Part shown: positions 24,216 to 34,340 of the stretch, piece after piece
Numbering within the stretch: position 1 is the first letter of the stretch
How the letters are laid out: each line of letters opens with the position of its first letter
Source of the DNA: Bacteroidota bacterium
GTDB taxonomy: Bacteria > Bacteroidota > Ignavibacteria > UBA10030 > UBA8401
NCBI GenBank assembly: GCA_021796275.1
Contig: JAJYOI010000004.1
Coordinates: 1,058-65,057, forward strand
Reading direction: 5' to 3'
DNA length: 64,000 nt
The notes under the pieces: generated by a model
What the model was told of the DNA's origin: nothing
Seen by the model: only the letters and a program-made list of their open reading frames with translations
Databases searched by the model: none
Translations under genes and position numbers: made by a program

Positions 24216-24506
24216 ACACGAAAAAAGCAACTCGCATAAAACGTTAAAGGTTGATTCAGAGAGAACCGAGTACAATGAAAATAACCTTTAACAAAAACTA
24301 TGCGCGCTGCTCCTTTGTTGTGATGATGCAATATAGAAAACACCGCCGCTATTGTCAAGAAGTCGTATCATGATTTTCTGAAAAATCCGAAACGCCCTCG
24401 TTTGCACGCGGGTATCTTCACTCACTATGAACATTGATTATGGCCGAGTTTTTTGTTAAATTTACACGATTAAATTAACTATCGCTTCGTTACAAAGTCA
24501 GTCACT

Positions 24507-25985
24507 ATGTCAAAACCGCTTAATGTGCTCTTCGTTACCAGCGAAGTAGAACCTTTTGTAAAAACCGGCGGCCTCGCCGATGTATCAGCGTCTCTCCCGC
24601 AAGCTATCAAAGAGCTTGGGCACGAAATTCGCATTGCGGCGCCCCGATACGGATCAATCAGCGAACGCAAATTCAAAATTCATGACGTCATTCGGCTGAA
24701 AGAAATCGAGATACCGATCGGCGAACAAAAAAAGGTGGCGAATGTAAATTCGTCATTCATCGCCAATACAAAAGCAAAAGTTCAGGTGTACTTCATTGCC
24801 AGCAAAGAATATTTCGGCCGCCACGGCATTTACGCCAGTCAGGAAACGAAGAAAGATTATGCCGACAACGACGAACGGTTTATTTTCTTTTCCCGCGGCG
24901 TATTGGAAACTTTGAAGCGGCTTGGCTGGCAGCCTGATGTGATTCATTGCAATGACTGGCAGACCGGATTGATTCCTGCATACTTGAAAACGATCTACAG
25001 CAATGATCCTTTTTTTAAGAACGTAAAAACGGTTTTCACCATCCATAATCTTGCTTACCAGGGCGTCTTCCCGGCCGCTTCCTTTAAGAAAACAGGCCTG
25101 CCGGATTCTGCTTTCACTCCTGAAGGACTTGAGTTTTACGGCAAGATGAGTTTTATGAAAGCGGGGCTTGTGTATTCCGATGTTATCACAACCGTGAGTG
25201 AAAAATATGCAGAGGAAATCCGCACATCGGCGGAATACGGCTGCGGATTGGAAGGTGTGATTCAGAAACGGAAATCGCACCTGCACGGCATTGTGAACGG
25301 CATTGATCACGAGATATGGAATCCGCAAACTGACACACTTATTGCAACGCGGTACGATTCCCATTCAATAGAATCTAAATCGGAAAACAAAAAAGCGCTG
25401 CTGAAGAAATTCAACCTTGAATTTAAAGAAAGCATACCGATCATCGGTATGATCTCCCGCCTTGTTGATCAAAAAGGCCTTGATCTTATCGAACGCATCA
25501 GCGAAGACATGATCAAGGCAGACATAAAATTTGTGCTCCTCGGCGCCGGTGAAAAACAGTATCAGGATTTCTTTGAATCTTTTCATAAAAAACATCCGTC
25601 GAAAGTCGGCGTCTATTTCGGTTACAGCGACGAGATTGCGCACCTGATCGAAGCGGGCAGCGATATGTATCTTATGCCGTCGAAATATGAACCGTGCGGA
25701 TTGAATCAGATGTACAGTTTAAGATACGGCACCGTGCCGATTGTCCGCGCAACGGGCGGACTTGAAGACACCATCGTCGACGTCGATTCTGCCACCAGCG
25801 GAACGGGTTTCAAATTCAAAAAATACGAGGCGAAGGAATTGTTGAAAGCGATTCACCGCGCGTTGAAAATGTATCAAGATCAAAACGCATGGAAAAAAAT
25901 CATGCGGAACGGAATGGCGCAGGACTTTTCATGGGAAACGTCCGCGAAAAAATACGCCACTCTCTATCGGACGCTGGTGAAGTAA
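24507..25985 (+). CDS. glgA: glycogen synthase (ADP-glucose type)
   Basis: LNVLFVTSEVEPFVKTGGLADVSASLPQAIKELGHEIRIAAPRYG is the GlgA N-terminal signature. The length (492 aa) fits, and the C-terminal PSKYEPCGLNQMYSLRYGTVPIVRATGGLEDT motif is present. Confidence 0.93.
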   Translation: MSKPLNVLFVTSEVEPFVKTGGLADVSASLPQAIKELGHEIRIAAPRYGSISERKFKIHDVIRLKEIEIPIGEQKKVANVNSSFIANTKAKVQVYFIASKEYFGRHGIYASQETKKDYADNDERFIFFSRGVLETLKRLGWQPDVIHCNDWQTGLIPAYLKTIYSNDPFFKNVKTVFTIHNLAYQGVFPAASFKKTGLPDSAFTPEGLEFYGKMSFMKAGLVYSDVITTVSEKYAEEIRTSAEYGCGLEGVIQKRKSHLHGIVNGIDHEIWNPQTDTLIATRYDSHSIESKSENKKALLKKFNLEFKESIPIIGMISRLVDQKGLDLIERISEDMIKADIKFVLLGAGEKQYQDFFESFHKKHPSKVGVYFGYSDEIAHLIEAGSDMYLMPSKYEPCGLNQMYSLRYGTVPIVRATGGLEDTIVDVDSATSGTGFKFKKYEAKELLKAIHRALKMYQDQNAWKKIMRNGMAQDFSWETSAKKYATLYRTLVK

Positions 25986-25993
25986 GTAAGCCG

Positions 25994-26581
25994 ATGGATC
26001 GCTCACATATTGCCGTTTTCCTGGATCGCGATGGGACAATTAATGTAGATGTTGATTTTCTTGTTTCACCAAACCAACTCCAGATCATTCCCCGCTCCGA
26101 TTCTGCAATCCGTGAGTTGAACAATCTTAACGTAAAAGTGTTTATTGTAACAAACCAGTCGGGCATTGCGCGCGGTTTTCTGACCGAACAAACGCTTGCC
26201 GAAATTCATCGTGAACTTTCGTTGCAGCTCCAACGGAAAGAGGCACATATTGATGAGTATTATTACTGTCCACATCTCCCCGGCGTCGATGACACGCGCT
26301 ATAATGTGGAATGCGAATGCCGAAAGCCAAAACCGGGAATGCTCATTCAAGCCGCACGCGAACACAACGTTAATCTCCGGCAGTCATTTATCATCGGCGA
26401 CCGCTGCCGTGACGTCGAGACGGGTAAGGCGGCTGGTGTGAGCACCGTTATGGTTGCCACCGGCTACGGCGCCAGCGAACAAAACGATTGTTCTTTCACG
26501 GCGGATTATTTTGCGTCGGACTTGTTTGATGCAGTACAGTTTGTCAAAAAAACAATTTTAACACGCGAACAACCACTTTAA
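25994..26581 (+). CDS. gmhB: D-glycero-D-manno-heptose 1,7-bisphosphate phosphatase (HAD-IIIA)
   Basis: FLDRDGTIN (HAD motif I), VTNQSGIARG, CECRKPKPGM (Zn-binding/motif III context) and IIGDRCRDVETGKAAG are all present. The internal ATG at 25994 avoids the overlap with glgA that the track start (25889) creates. Confidence 0.85.
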   Translation: MDRSHIAVFLDRDGTINVDVDFLVSPNQLQIIPRSDSAIRELNNLNVKVFIVTNQSGIARGFLTEQTLAEIHRELSLQLQRKEAHIDEYYYCPHLPGVDDTRYNVECECRKPKPGMLIQAAREHNVNLRQSFIIGDRCRDVETGKAAGVSTVMVATGYGASEQNDCSFTADYFASDLFDAVQFVKKTILTREQPL

Positions 26582-26588
26582 GTCTTAT

Positions 26589-27770
26589 TTGAAAATGAAA
26601 ATTCTTTCTCTCGTTGCTGCTCTGATATTCATATCGCTTAATCTCATTAGCTGCAGCGAAAACATCAGTTCAGTCGGCGGCGGATTAGTGAATCAATCAA
26701 AATTCACCGTCGCTGATACATCGCTCATTGCCACGGGCGATTCAACATTCCACAGCAACATTGCGAATGGTTCGGGATACTATAATCTCGTCGGCGCTGC
26801 AAATTCAGTCGAAGCGAAAACGCTGCTGAACTTTATAGGCCTCTCCGTTGGTGATGGAGATACGCTTTCCTCCGTGCAGCTTGCCACATGCGAGATGCAA
26901 CTGCATGTCGGATATCTTTGGAACATGAGCAGCACAGCACAACAATTTGAAATCCATGAAATCCTCACGCCATGGACTGCAACAATCCCGATAGATTCAT
27001 CCGACAACATCAGCTTCAGCCCAACGGTGTGCGGAACAATCAACCAAATCATCGCCGATACCAGCACCATCATTGTCAATCTTGATACATCAGAAGTGCG
27101 CAAGTGGATTACAGCATTAACGGACAGCACCGCACCGCCGTTCTACGGATTTGCAATCATGCCGCAACCGGGCGCCACCAATACCGGCATTTGGGGATTT
27201 GTAACATTCAATGCATTAACGTCAAGCTCGCCATTGCTGCGCATACGCTATACGAAAAACGGTGTTGAGGATTCCGTCAGCTTTTCATACGGCAACGATA
27301 CGTTCCTTGCAAAAAATTCCTCCGCGCTTCTGCCCTCACTTATTGATGTCCAAGCCGGAGTTGGACGCAGAAGTAAAATCACATTTGATCTCAGCTCGCT
27401 TGTGAAGCAATCATTTATCAACAATGCCTCGCTGGAACTGACGCTCAATCCGCAGAGTGCACATGGAACAAGCACGCCGGATTCTGTGGCGGTATTGCTC
27501 ATTATCAACTCGCAGTACCCCGACACAATCAATGGCTCGTACTACTATTATGGAAAACGAAAAGACACAACACAAACAGCGAACCCCGTGTATTCCATTC
27601 CGCTGTCAACATTTGCGCAGTTGTGGGTGAACAATACGTATGCCAATGATGGAATTCTGCTTGAAGCGAGCGGCGAAAACAGCAGCGTTGACCGCTACGT
27701 GTTTTACTCTTCGCACGATCCCGATCCTGCAAAGCGTCCGGTGCTGCACCTGACATATACTAAAAAATAA
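26589..27770 (+). CDS. hypothetical lipoprotein (possibly DNRLRE-type domain)
   Basis: The lipoprotein signal is MKILSLVAALIFISLNLISCS. The C-terminal ...SSVDRYVFYSSHDPDPAKRPVLHLTY resembles the end of DNRLRE-domain proteins (by eye). The track start is a TTG; an ATG lies at 26595. Confidence 0.65.
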   Translation: MKMKILSLVAALIFISLNLISCSENISSVGGGLVNQSKFTVADTSLIATGDSTFHSNIANGSGYYNLVGAANSVEAKTLLNFIGLSVGDGDTLSSVQLATCEMQLHVGYLWNMSSTAQQFEIHEILTPWTATIPIDSSDNISFSPTVCGTINQIIADTSTIIVNLDTSEVRKWITALTDSTAPPFYGFAIMPQPGATNTGIWGFVTFNALTSSSPLLRIRYTKNGVEDSVSFSYGNDTFLAKNSSALLPSLIDVQAGVGRRSKITFDLSSLVKQSFINNASLELTLNPQSAHGTSTPDSVAVLLIINSQYPDTINGSYYYYGKRKDTTQTANPVYSIPLSTFAQLWVNNTYANDGILLEASGENSSVDRYVFYSSHDPDPAKRPVLHLTYTKK

Positions 27771-27778
27771 TTTTGCCC

Positions 27779-29026
27779 ATGAAAAGAAAAGAATTTATCC
27801 TCGCAGTTTTTCTTGCGTTGTGTTTCGCACCAACGCTTCTCGCATCCAGCGGATCGCCATACTCGCGATACGGCATCGGCGAACCGGCGTTCTTCATGAG
27901 CACGCGTTCGGAAGGAATGGGAGGAACCGGCATTGCACTTCTCACCGACGGCTACATCAATCTCTTCAATCCGGCGGCGCTGGCACACATCGGGCGCACC
28001 CGCATGTCCGTAGATTTTCAATACAACGGATATGCAATGAACGACGGAATACAAAAAACATTTCTCAGCTCCGGAAATTTCGAAGGCTTTGCTGTCGCTT
28101 TCCCTGTGTACCATCCAAGCAACATAACATTTTCTATCGGCTTGTCGCCGTTCAGTACAATTGCATACAAGGTTGCCGAACAGGAAACAAACGGTTCCTA
28201 CTCTTATACTCAACAATATGACGGCAGCGGCGGGTTAACCGACGCCCAATTCAGCCTCAGCGTTTCACCCGTCAGCGATCTTTTCTTTGGTGCGACAACA
28301 CATTACATTTTCGGAACTCAACGATACACTCACACTCTCCAATTCACAAGCAATACGTATTACTCGAGCGAATCGGATAGAGCGGTCAATGCGGACGGTT
28401 TTGCGTTTACACTCGGCGGAATTTACACCGGGCTTGACAAAGCGCTGGGCTTTTCCGGCAAGAAAAATCTGAACCTTGGCTTTACATTCTTCACAGGCGG
28501 TTCTCTTACGGCAAACGACCTCACCACAGAAAATTTCATCACGCAGCAAGAGACAAGCGCCACAGTAAGTGGAAAAATAAAGATTCCGTTCGGCGTTGGT
28601 TTCGGAGCGGCATATTTGCTCAACGACAGAATTATCCTTACGGGCGATGTTCAATACCACGATTGGAACAGCTACACCGAATTCGGTGTGCACCCTTCAC
28701 AATTAAAAAACAGCACACGCTTCGGTATCGGCGCGGAGTTCATGCGTGAACACAATGCGGCGTCGCAGTACCTTGACGACATTGTGTACCGCGCCGGCGC
28801 TTATATGAACACCTCGAACCTCCAAATCAACGGCGAAGCGATCAACGAATATTTCGTGACCGCAGGAATGAGCTACCCGGTTGCGTACGCGGCAAAATTA
28901 GACGTCGGACTTGAATACGGCATTCGCGGCACAACGGCAAACGGACTGCTTCGCGAAAATATTATCCGCATGACATTTTCTTTCAGCGCAAACGAACTGA
29001 TGTTTATTCCTCCGGAGACAGAGTGA
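27779..29026 (+). CDS. outer-membrane beta-barrel protein, PorV/PorQ/FadL-like
   Basis: Signal peptide MKRKEFILAVFLALCFAPTLLAS. SPYSRYGIGEPAFFMSTRSEGMGGTGIALLTDGYINLFNPAALAHI parallels the PorV N-terminal motif seen at 18846..20006. Alternating beta-strand character runs to the end. Confidence 0.6.
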   Translation: MKRKEFILAVFLALCFAPTLLASSGSPYSRYGIGEPAFFMSTRSEGMGGTGIALLTDGYINLFNPAALAHIGRTRMSVDFQYNGYAMNDGIQKTFLSSGNFEGFAVAFPVYHPSNITFSIGLSPFSTIAYKVAEQETNGSYSYTQQYDGSGGLTDAQFSLSVSPVSDLFFGATTHYIFGTQRYTHTLQFTSNTYYSSESDRAVNADGFAFTLGGIYTGLDKALGFSGKKNLNLGFTFFTGGSLTANDLTTENFITQQETSATVSGKIKIPFGVGFGAAYLLNDRIILTGDVQYHDWNSYTEFGVHPSQLKNSTRFGIGAEFMREHNAASQYLDDIVYRAGAYMNTSNLQINGEAINEYFVTAGMSYPVAYAAKLDVGLEYGIRGTTANGLLRENIIRMTFSFSANELMFIPPETE

Positions 29027-29028
29027 TT

Positions 29029-29466
29029 ATGATGGCTTTGGCGAGCGACCACGCAGGATTTACTTTCAAAGAAAAAACCAAAGAGCTGTTGACGCAACTT
29101 CAAATCCCCTTCAAGGATTTCGGTACAAATTCTCCTGAATCGACAGACTATCCCGACTACGCTCATGCCGGAGCAGTTGCAATTTCACAAGGCGAATGCG
29201 ACCGCGGCATATTTATTTGCGGAACGGGAATCGGAATGAGCATTGTCGCGAACAAACACAAAGGCGTCCGAGCTGCAGCAGTTGAATCCGTTGCAGCCGC
29301 TGAACTTGCTCGCAAGCATAACGATGCCAACGTGCTCTGTTTTGGCGAACGGCTGCTCACATGGGAAACCGCGCAGAAAATCATCACAACATTTCTCACT
29401 ACTGAATTTGAAGGCGGACGTCACGAACGGCGCGTCGGTAAGATTCATTCATTGACGTCCTGCTGA
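29029..29466 (+). CDS. rpiB: ribose-5-phosphate isomerase B
   Basis: ALASDHAGF...[20 protein letters not shown]...[17 protein letters not shown]...[13 protein letters not shown] matches the RpiB/LacAB family. Confidence 0.92.
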   Translation: MMALASDHAGFTFKEKTKELLTQLQIPFKDFGTNSPESTDYPDYAHAGAVAISQGECDRGIFICGTGIGMSIVANKHKGVRAAAVESVAAAELARKHNDANVLCFGERLLTWETAQKIITTFLTTEFEGGRHERRVGKIHSLTSC

Positions 29467-29540
29467 TTTATTTGCTGCAGCGATTCTCTGTTGCTTTCAG
29501 CGCCATTTTCAATATTTCCAAACTTTCAACGACTCTTTCT

Positions 29541-30836
29541 ATGACGACGCTTCAGAATTTTGACCCTGAAATTGCCCGTGCGATTTACAGTGAAACGCAC
29601 CGGCAAAATTCCAAACTTGAACTCATTGCATCAGAAAACTTTGTCAGCCTCGCCGTGCTCGAAGCGGCGGGAAGCGTGATGACAAATAAATATGCCGAGG
29701 GATATCCCGGCAAACGCTATTACGGCGGATGCGAGTTCGTTGACATTGCAGAGAACCTTGCACGCGAGCGGGTGAAACAATTATTCGGAGCAGAGTACGC
29801 GAACGTACAACCGCACTCAGGCTCGCAGGCGAACATGGCGGTGTACTTTACGTTCATCAAACCCGGCGACAAAGTGCTCGGAATGAATCTTTCACACGGC
29901 GGTCATCTCACTCATGGCTCACCCGTAAATTTTTCGGGCCAGCTATATAATTTTTCAGCCTATGGCGTATCGAAAGAAACCGGGCAGATCGATTACAATG
30001 AAGTAGAGGCGATGGCAGTCAAAGAAAAACCGAAACTTATCACCGTCGGTGCGAGCGCGTATTCCCGCAATATTGATTACAAAAAATTCCGTGAGATTGC
30101 CGATAAAGCTGGCGCATTTCTCTTCGCCGACATTGCTCATCCGGCTGGATTAATTGCTACGAAATTACTCAACGACCCGCTTCCCTACTGTCACGTTGTG
30201 ACATCAACAACACACAAAACTTTGCGCGGCCCGCGCGGCGGGTTAATTCTGATGGGCAAGGATTTTGAAAATCCGTTCGGCATTGTCGCGCCGAAATCCG
30301 GCAGACGAAAAATGATGTCGGAATTGCTCGACTCAATGGTGGTTCCCGGCATTCAAGGCGGGCCGCTTATGCACATTATCGCAGCAAAAGCGGTTGCCTT
30401 CAAAGAAGCGTTGCAGCCGGAATTCAAAGTATATTCAAAGCAAATTATTTCGAACGCACAGGCGCTGGCTTCACGATTGACGGCGAAAGGCTACAATATT
30501 ATTTCCGGCGGAACGGATAATCATCTGATGCTGATTGATCTTCGCAATAAGAATGTTACCGGCAAAGATGCACAAGAAGCGCTTGACCAGTCGGGCATTA
30601 CCGTGAACAAAAATGCGGTGCCGTTCGACGATAAATCTCCGTTCATCACAAGCGGCATTCGTGTCGGCACGCCGGCACTCACAACGCGTGGAATGAAAGA
30701 AACAGAAATGTCCACCGTCGCCGATTTGATAGATCGGGTTGTTCAGAACATCGGCAATACAGCACGGTACGAAGAGGTAAAAAATTCCGTTGCAGAATTA
30801 TGCGGAAAATTTCCTCTCTACAAGGACGCGATGTAA
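29541..30836 (+). CDS. glyA: serine hydroxymethyltransferase
   Basis: [11 protein letters not shown]...[18 protein letters not shown]...[15 protein letters not shown] carries the PLP-lysine motif. The internal ATG at 29541 gives the usual N-terminus ([12 protein letters not shown]). Confidence 0.95.
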   Translation: MTTLQNFDPEIARAIYSETHRQNSKLELIASENFVSLAVLEAAGSVMTNKYAEGYPGKRYYGGCEFVDIAENLARERVKQLFGAEYANVQPHSGSQANMAVYFTFIKPGDKVLGMNLSHGGHLTHGSPVNFSGQLYNFSAYGVSKETGQIDYNEVEAMAVKEKPKLITVGASAYSRNIDYKKFREIADKAGAFLFADIAHPAGLIATKLLNDPLPYCHVVTSTTHKTLRGPRGGLILMGKDFENPFGIVAPKSGRRKMMSELLDSMVVPGIQGGPLMHIIAAKAVAFKEALQPEFKVYSKQIISNAQALASRLTAKGYNIISGGTDNHLMLIDLRNKNVTGKDAQEALDQSGITVNKNAVPFDDKSPFITSGIRVGTPALTTRGMKETEMSTVADLIDRVVQNIGNTARYEEVKNSVAELCGKFPLYKDAM

Positions 30837-30949
30837 CGTGCAGAAGAATCCGGCGAAAAAACTATCGGTGATTGTGCACGAAGTTTTTCCGCCCTCGCTT
30901 CATGCACGTCGCGAAGCGTAAGTCAGTTCACAACCATTCCCAGATCTTC

Positions 30950-31723
30950 ATGGCTAAAGAAATTACAGACGAAACAACAGAAACCCGCGAAATGTCTTTC
31001 CTCGACCATCTTGAGGAATTACGCTGGCGCATCGTGAAGGCTGTCATTGCAGTGCTGATTGCAGGTATCGGATGCGCATTCTTTTCAGATTTTCTCGTGC
31101 AGGATTTGCTGCTGGGTCCATTGCGAACACTTCATCTCAAACTCCAGGTCCTCACACCGTACGGCATCGTCATGCTGTACATGGAAGTGATCTTAATTGC
31201 CGGGGTTATCATTAGCACTCCGGTTATTCTTTTTCAAGTATGGAAATTCGTTGCGCCGGGACTTCTGCCCAACGAGCGCAAAAATATCGGATGGATTGTT
31301 TTCTACACATCGTTCTGCTTCCTTGCCGGAGTGGCCTTCGGTTATTTCGTGCTGATTCCGACAGCGCTTACTTTTTTTTCAACGTTCGGCACACAAAATA
31401 TCGAACTGAACATCGCAGCCGATAAATACATCAGCTTTATGCTGAGCTTGATTCTCGGCTCAGGTTTGTTGTTCGAGCTTCCAATGATAGCGTATTTCCT
31501 TTCGCGACTCGGCATTCTCACACCGGCATTCATGCGGCATTACCGCCGGCACGCCATCGTCGTTATCTTGATCATCGCCGCCGTCGTTACGCCGACGCCT
31601 GATATTGTTACGCAAAGTCTTCTTGCCGCACCAATGATTGTGTTGTATGAAATCAGTATTTTCATTTCCGCATACGCACAAAAGAAGCGGAACGCCGCAT
31701 CCCCAACGGGGTCTTCGACATGA
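30950..31723 (+). CDS. tatC: twin-arginine translocase subunit TatC
   Basis: MSFLDHLEELRWRIVKAVIAVLIA, six hydrophobic segments, and the FELPMIAYFLSRLGIL motif are present. The ATG at 30950 is preferred over the track start at 30872. Confidence 0.9.
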   Translation: MAKEITDETTETREMSFLDHLEELRWRIVKAVIAVLIAGIGCAFFSDFLVQDLLLGPLRTLHLKLQVLTPYGIVMLYMEVILIAGVIISTPVILFQVWKFVAPGLLPNERKNIGWIVFYTSFCFLAGVAFGYFVLIPTALTFFSTFGTQNIELNIAADKYISFMLSLILGSGLLFELPMIAYFLSRLGILTPAFMRHYRRHAIVVILIIAAVVTPTPDIVTQSLLAAPMIVLYEISIFISAYAQKKRNAASPTGSST

Positions 31724-32751
31724 AACTGACTGAAGCCATCAGCTCCGCCATAAAAAAGGCAGACAAGCCCAAAAGGGCCTTCGACCTCGATATAATCAAA
31801 GCTCCCGTCAACAGCGAGCTGAAAGAATTCACCGCGTACTTCAAGCAATCCATGCGCTCAAACGTGCGCCTTGTTGATACTGTCGCACGGTACATTGTGA
31901 AACAAAAAGGGAAACGCATCCGTCCGATTCTGGTTTTTCTCTGCGCTGAAACGTGCGGCGGAATTTCCGAAAGCACGTACCGCGGTGCGACACTTGTGGA
32001 AATCCTCCATACCGCAACGCTTGTCCACGATGACGTGGTTGATGATGCCGACACGCGAAGAGGACTCGCTTCGATTAATGCTGTGTGGAAAAATAAAATT
32101 GCTGTACTGATGGGAGATTATCTTCTGTCAACCGGACTGATGCTGTCACTCAAAAATGAGGACCATTATTTCCTTAAAACGATCTCGGATGCTGTCCGCC
32201 GAATGAGCGAGGGAGAAATTCTTCAAATTCAGAAAAGCCGGGAACTGGATATTGATGAGCAAACGTATTTCAAGATCATTTCAGATAAAACCGCGTCGCT
32301 TATTTCTACCTGCACGGAAATCGGTGCCGCGAGTGCAACAACCAATGTCGAACAGCGCACGTTGATGAAAGATTTCGGGGAGAATATCGGACTGGCATTT
32401 CAGATTCGCGATGACCTGCTCGATTACACAAGCCGTAAAAGCATTATCGGCAAGCCGGTTGGCGGCGACATGAAAGAGAAAAAAATTACGCTCCCCCTTA
32501 TTCATGCATTACAGAAGGCGCCGAAAAAAGAATCGCGCCGCATTCTGAAAAAAATCAAAAATGGTGCTCGTGGAAATGACGTCGAAGAGATCGTCTCCTT
32601 CGTTCAGCAATATGACGGGATTGCGTACGCCGTGAAGAAAGCAGAGCAATTCAGCGCACAGGCGCGTGAATGTCTCCGCCCATTTTCGGACTCTGAAGCC
32701 AAAAAATCTCTGCTCATGTTTGTTGATTACGTGATGGAGCGGGAGAAATAA
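31720..32751 (+). CDS. polyprenyl diphosphate synthase (trans-IPPS, IspB-like)
   Basis: The first DDxxD is LVHDDVVDDADTRRG and the second is FQIRDDLLDY. The start overlaps the tatC stop by 4 nt. Confidence 0.9.
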   Translation: MKLTEAISSAIKKADKPKRAFDLDIIKAPVNSELKEFTAYFKQSMRSNVRLVDTVARYIVKQKGKRIRPILVFLCAETCGGISESTYRGATLVEILHTATLVHDDVVDDADTRRGLASINAVWKNKIAVLMGDYLLSTGLMLSLKNEDHYFLKTISDAVRRMSEGEILQIQKSRELDIDEQTYFKIISDKTASLISTCTEIGAASATTNVEQRTLMKDFGENIGLAFQIRDDLLDYTSRKSIIGKPVGGDMKEKKITLPLIHALQKAPKKESRRILKKIKNGARGNDVEEIVSFVQQYDGIAYAVKKAEQFSAQARECLRPFSDSEAKKSLLMFVDYVMEREK

Positions 32752-32807
32752 ATCAATTACGAATTATCAATGAACAATGATTGGTGGTGCTGGCTAATTC
32801 GTAATCG

Positions 32808-34289
32808 TTAATTGTTAATTGTGATTTCCTGAATATCGAAGCTGTATCCTGACTTATCAAAATAAATATTATTCTCGTTTGTCTCAAGCTCGCCTCGTTG
32901 AAAATCCACATTGTCTGATCGAAAATATTTTTTTGCCGGACTGAGAACCTGATTGTTGCCGGAATTCGCGGACATGCGGTATTGATCAAGCCCTCCAAAA
33001 TAAAAATCGTGAATCATTTTCCGCTGTGCTTCAGTTAAATCCATCATGTATCTTGTCGCAGCAATTCCCATGTACGGATCAACAGGAATCCATCCGTACG
33101 GACGAAGATAGATTTCCGTCCAATCATGAATATCTTTTGCGTTCGGAAATGTAAACCAACCTGATTGCCACCGTGCCGGAATACCGTTGTACCGGCAAAG
33201 CGTGATGAATAACATCGCCTCTTGCCCGCAGTCGCCATACCCCTTCGTCAAACAGTAATCGCTGATGTTATTGATCGTCGAGTATTCCCTCGCAAAACTG
33301 TATTTGATGTTTTGTGAAATCCAATCATAAATCTTTTTAGCTTTCAAAAGCGGGTTGCTCTCACTGCCGACAATTTCTTGAGAGAGTTTCTTAATTTTGT
33401 CCGTAAAAATAATGTTCGGAGCTTCGCTGGTAAATTCCTTATAGACGCTGTCGTTTTTGTCGTACGGCTGTATTGTATTTTGATCAAGAGCAAAATGCAC
33501 ACCGAAAGTTCTGCACGAATATTCAATTGTAAACGTTGAGCCGCCGTTCGTATCTGCCGGCTGTTCCATGAAGATTGAACGTATTGGACTATCCGCGCCT
33601 GAAATATTTATCGGATTGCTGGATGACGAAACCAAATGAAAATCTTTTTGAAATGGAAACTCTCTCGGAATTGGCAGCCACGCCTTCACAGTCTCGCTTG
33701 GTTTCGCCGCACCGGAATCGGCGGACACTTCCATTTTCATTTTGAAATCTTTCGGCAAGACATATGGTGTTCCCAAACTATCTGAAGCTTTATTTATCGC
33801 GCTGCAATCACTAAACAATTCTTCGTGATATGCATGTTGGTTGAGCGGCGGAATTCTCCGTGTCGCAATATCTGCATAACGGAAAAATAAATTGCTCCTG
33901 CTCGGGCTGACAAATCGCAGCGTGTCGTCAATCGTTCTCGCGTCGAATTTTCCCTCTTTCAGCCATTCATTGAATTCGTCTCTTGAAATATTTTGAATAC
34001 CGCGTTCAAGCTGGGCATACAGGACATCAGTTGTCAGAGAATAATCAATTCGAATGCGTCTCATTCTTTCTATCTGGAAGAGAATTTTGTTTTTTTCGTC
34101 TGTGGAAAGTGAATTTGAATTTTCAGAAAGAACATTTTCAAGAAGCGTTGTTGCCTCTTTAAATTTTCCTGCGTTCTCCAACTGGAGCGCCGCATCGTAA
34201 GATTTTATCTGTGCATAACATAATGGCAGGGCAACAAAAAATAAAAACGCATAGGATATAACCGATAGTACACGGTTGAATCGTGACAT
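32808..34289 (-). CDS. transglutaminase-like cysteine peptidase superfamily protein
   Basis: Signal peptide. The transglutaminase core is YGDCGQEAMLFITLCRYNGIPARWQSGW...HDWTEIYLRPYGWIPVDP (Cys, His, Asp). Confidence 0.8.
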   Translation of the reverse strand: MSRFNRVLSVISYAFLFFVALPLCYAQIKSYDAALQLENAGKFKEATTLLENVLSENSNSLSTDEKNKILFQIERMRRIRIDYSLTTDVLYAQLERGIQNISRDEFNEWLKEGKFDARTIDDTLRFVSPSRSNLFFRYADIATRRIPPLNQHAYHEELFSDCSAINKASDSLGTPYVLPKDFKMKMEVSADSGAAKPSETVKAWLPIPREFPFQKDFHLVSSSSNPINISGADSPIRSIFMEQPADTNGGSTFTIEYSCRTFGVHFALDQNTIQPYDKNDSVYKEFTSEAPNIIFTDKIKKLSQEIVGSESNPLLKAKKIYDWISQNIKYSFAREYSTINNISDYCLTKGYGDCGQEAMLFITLCRYNGIPARWQSGWFTFPNAKDIHDWTEIYLRPYGWIPVDPYMGIAATRYMMDLTEAQRKMIHDFYFGGLDQYRMSANSGNNQVLSPAKKYFRSDNVDFQRGELETNENNIYFDKSGYSFDIQEITINN

Positions 34290-34340
34290 TTGTTTTCTCC
34301 TTTATCTATGAAATCGAAGAATTGAGCACAGGAGTTATCG

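Noticed and set aside
23988-24358. Track ORFs 23988..24275(-) and 24056..24358(-) overlapping the porU start
   Set aside because: They are out of frame with porU, and they read through the terminator-like hairpin and the A/T run. Their composition is Phe/Cys-rich.
24288-24434. 48-codon minus-strand ORF (MFIVSEDTRVQTRAFRIFQKIMIRLLDNSGG..) upstream of the porU leader hairpin
   Set aside because: It has no ribosome-binding site and no hydrophobic or otherwise recognisable pattern. It is kept only as a remote explanation for the terminator.
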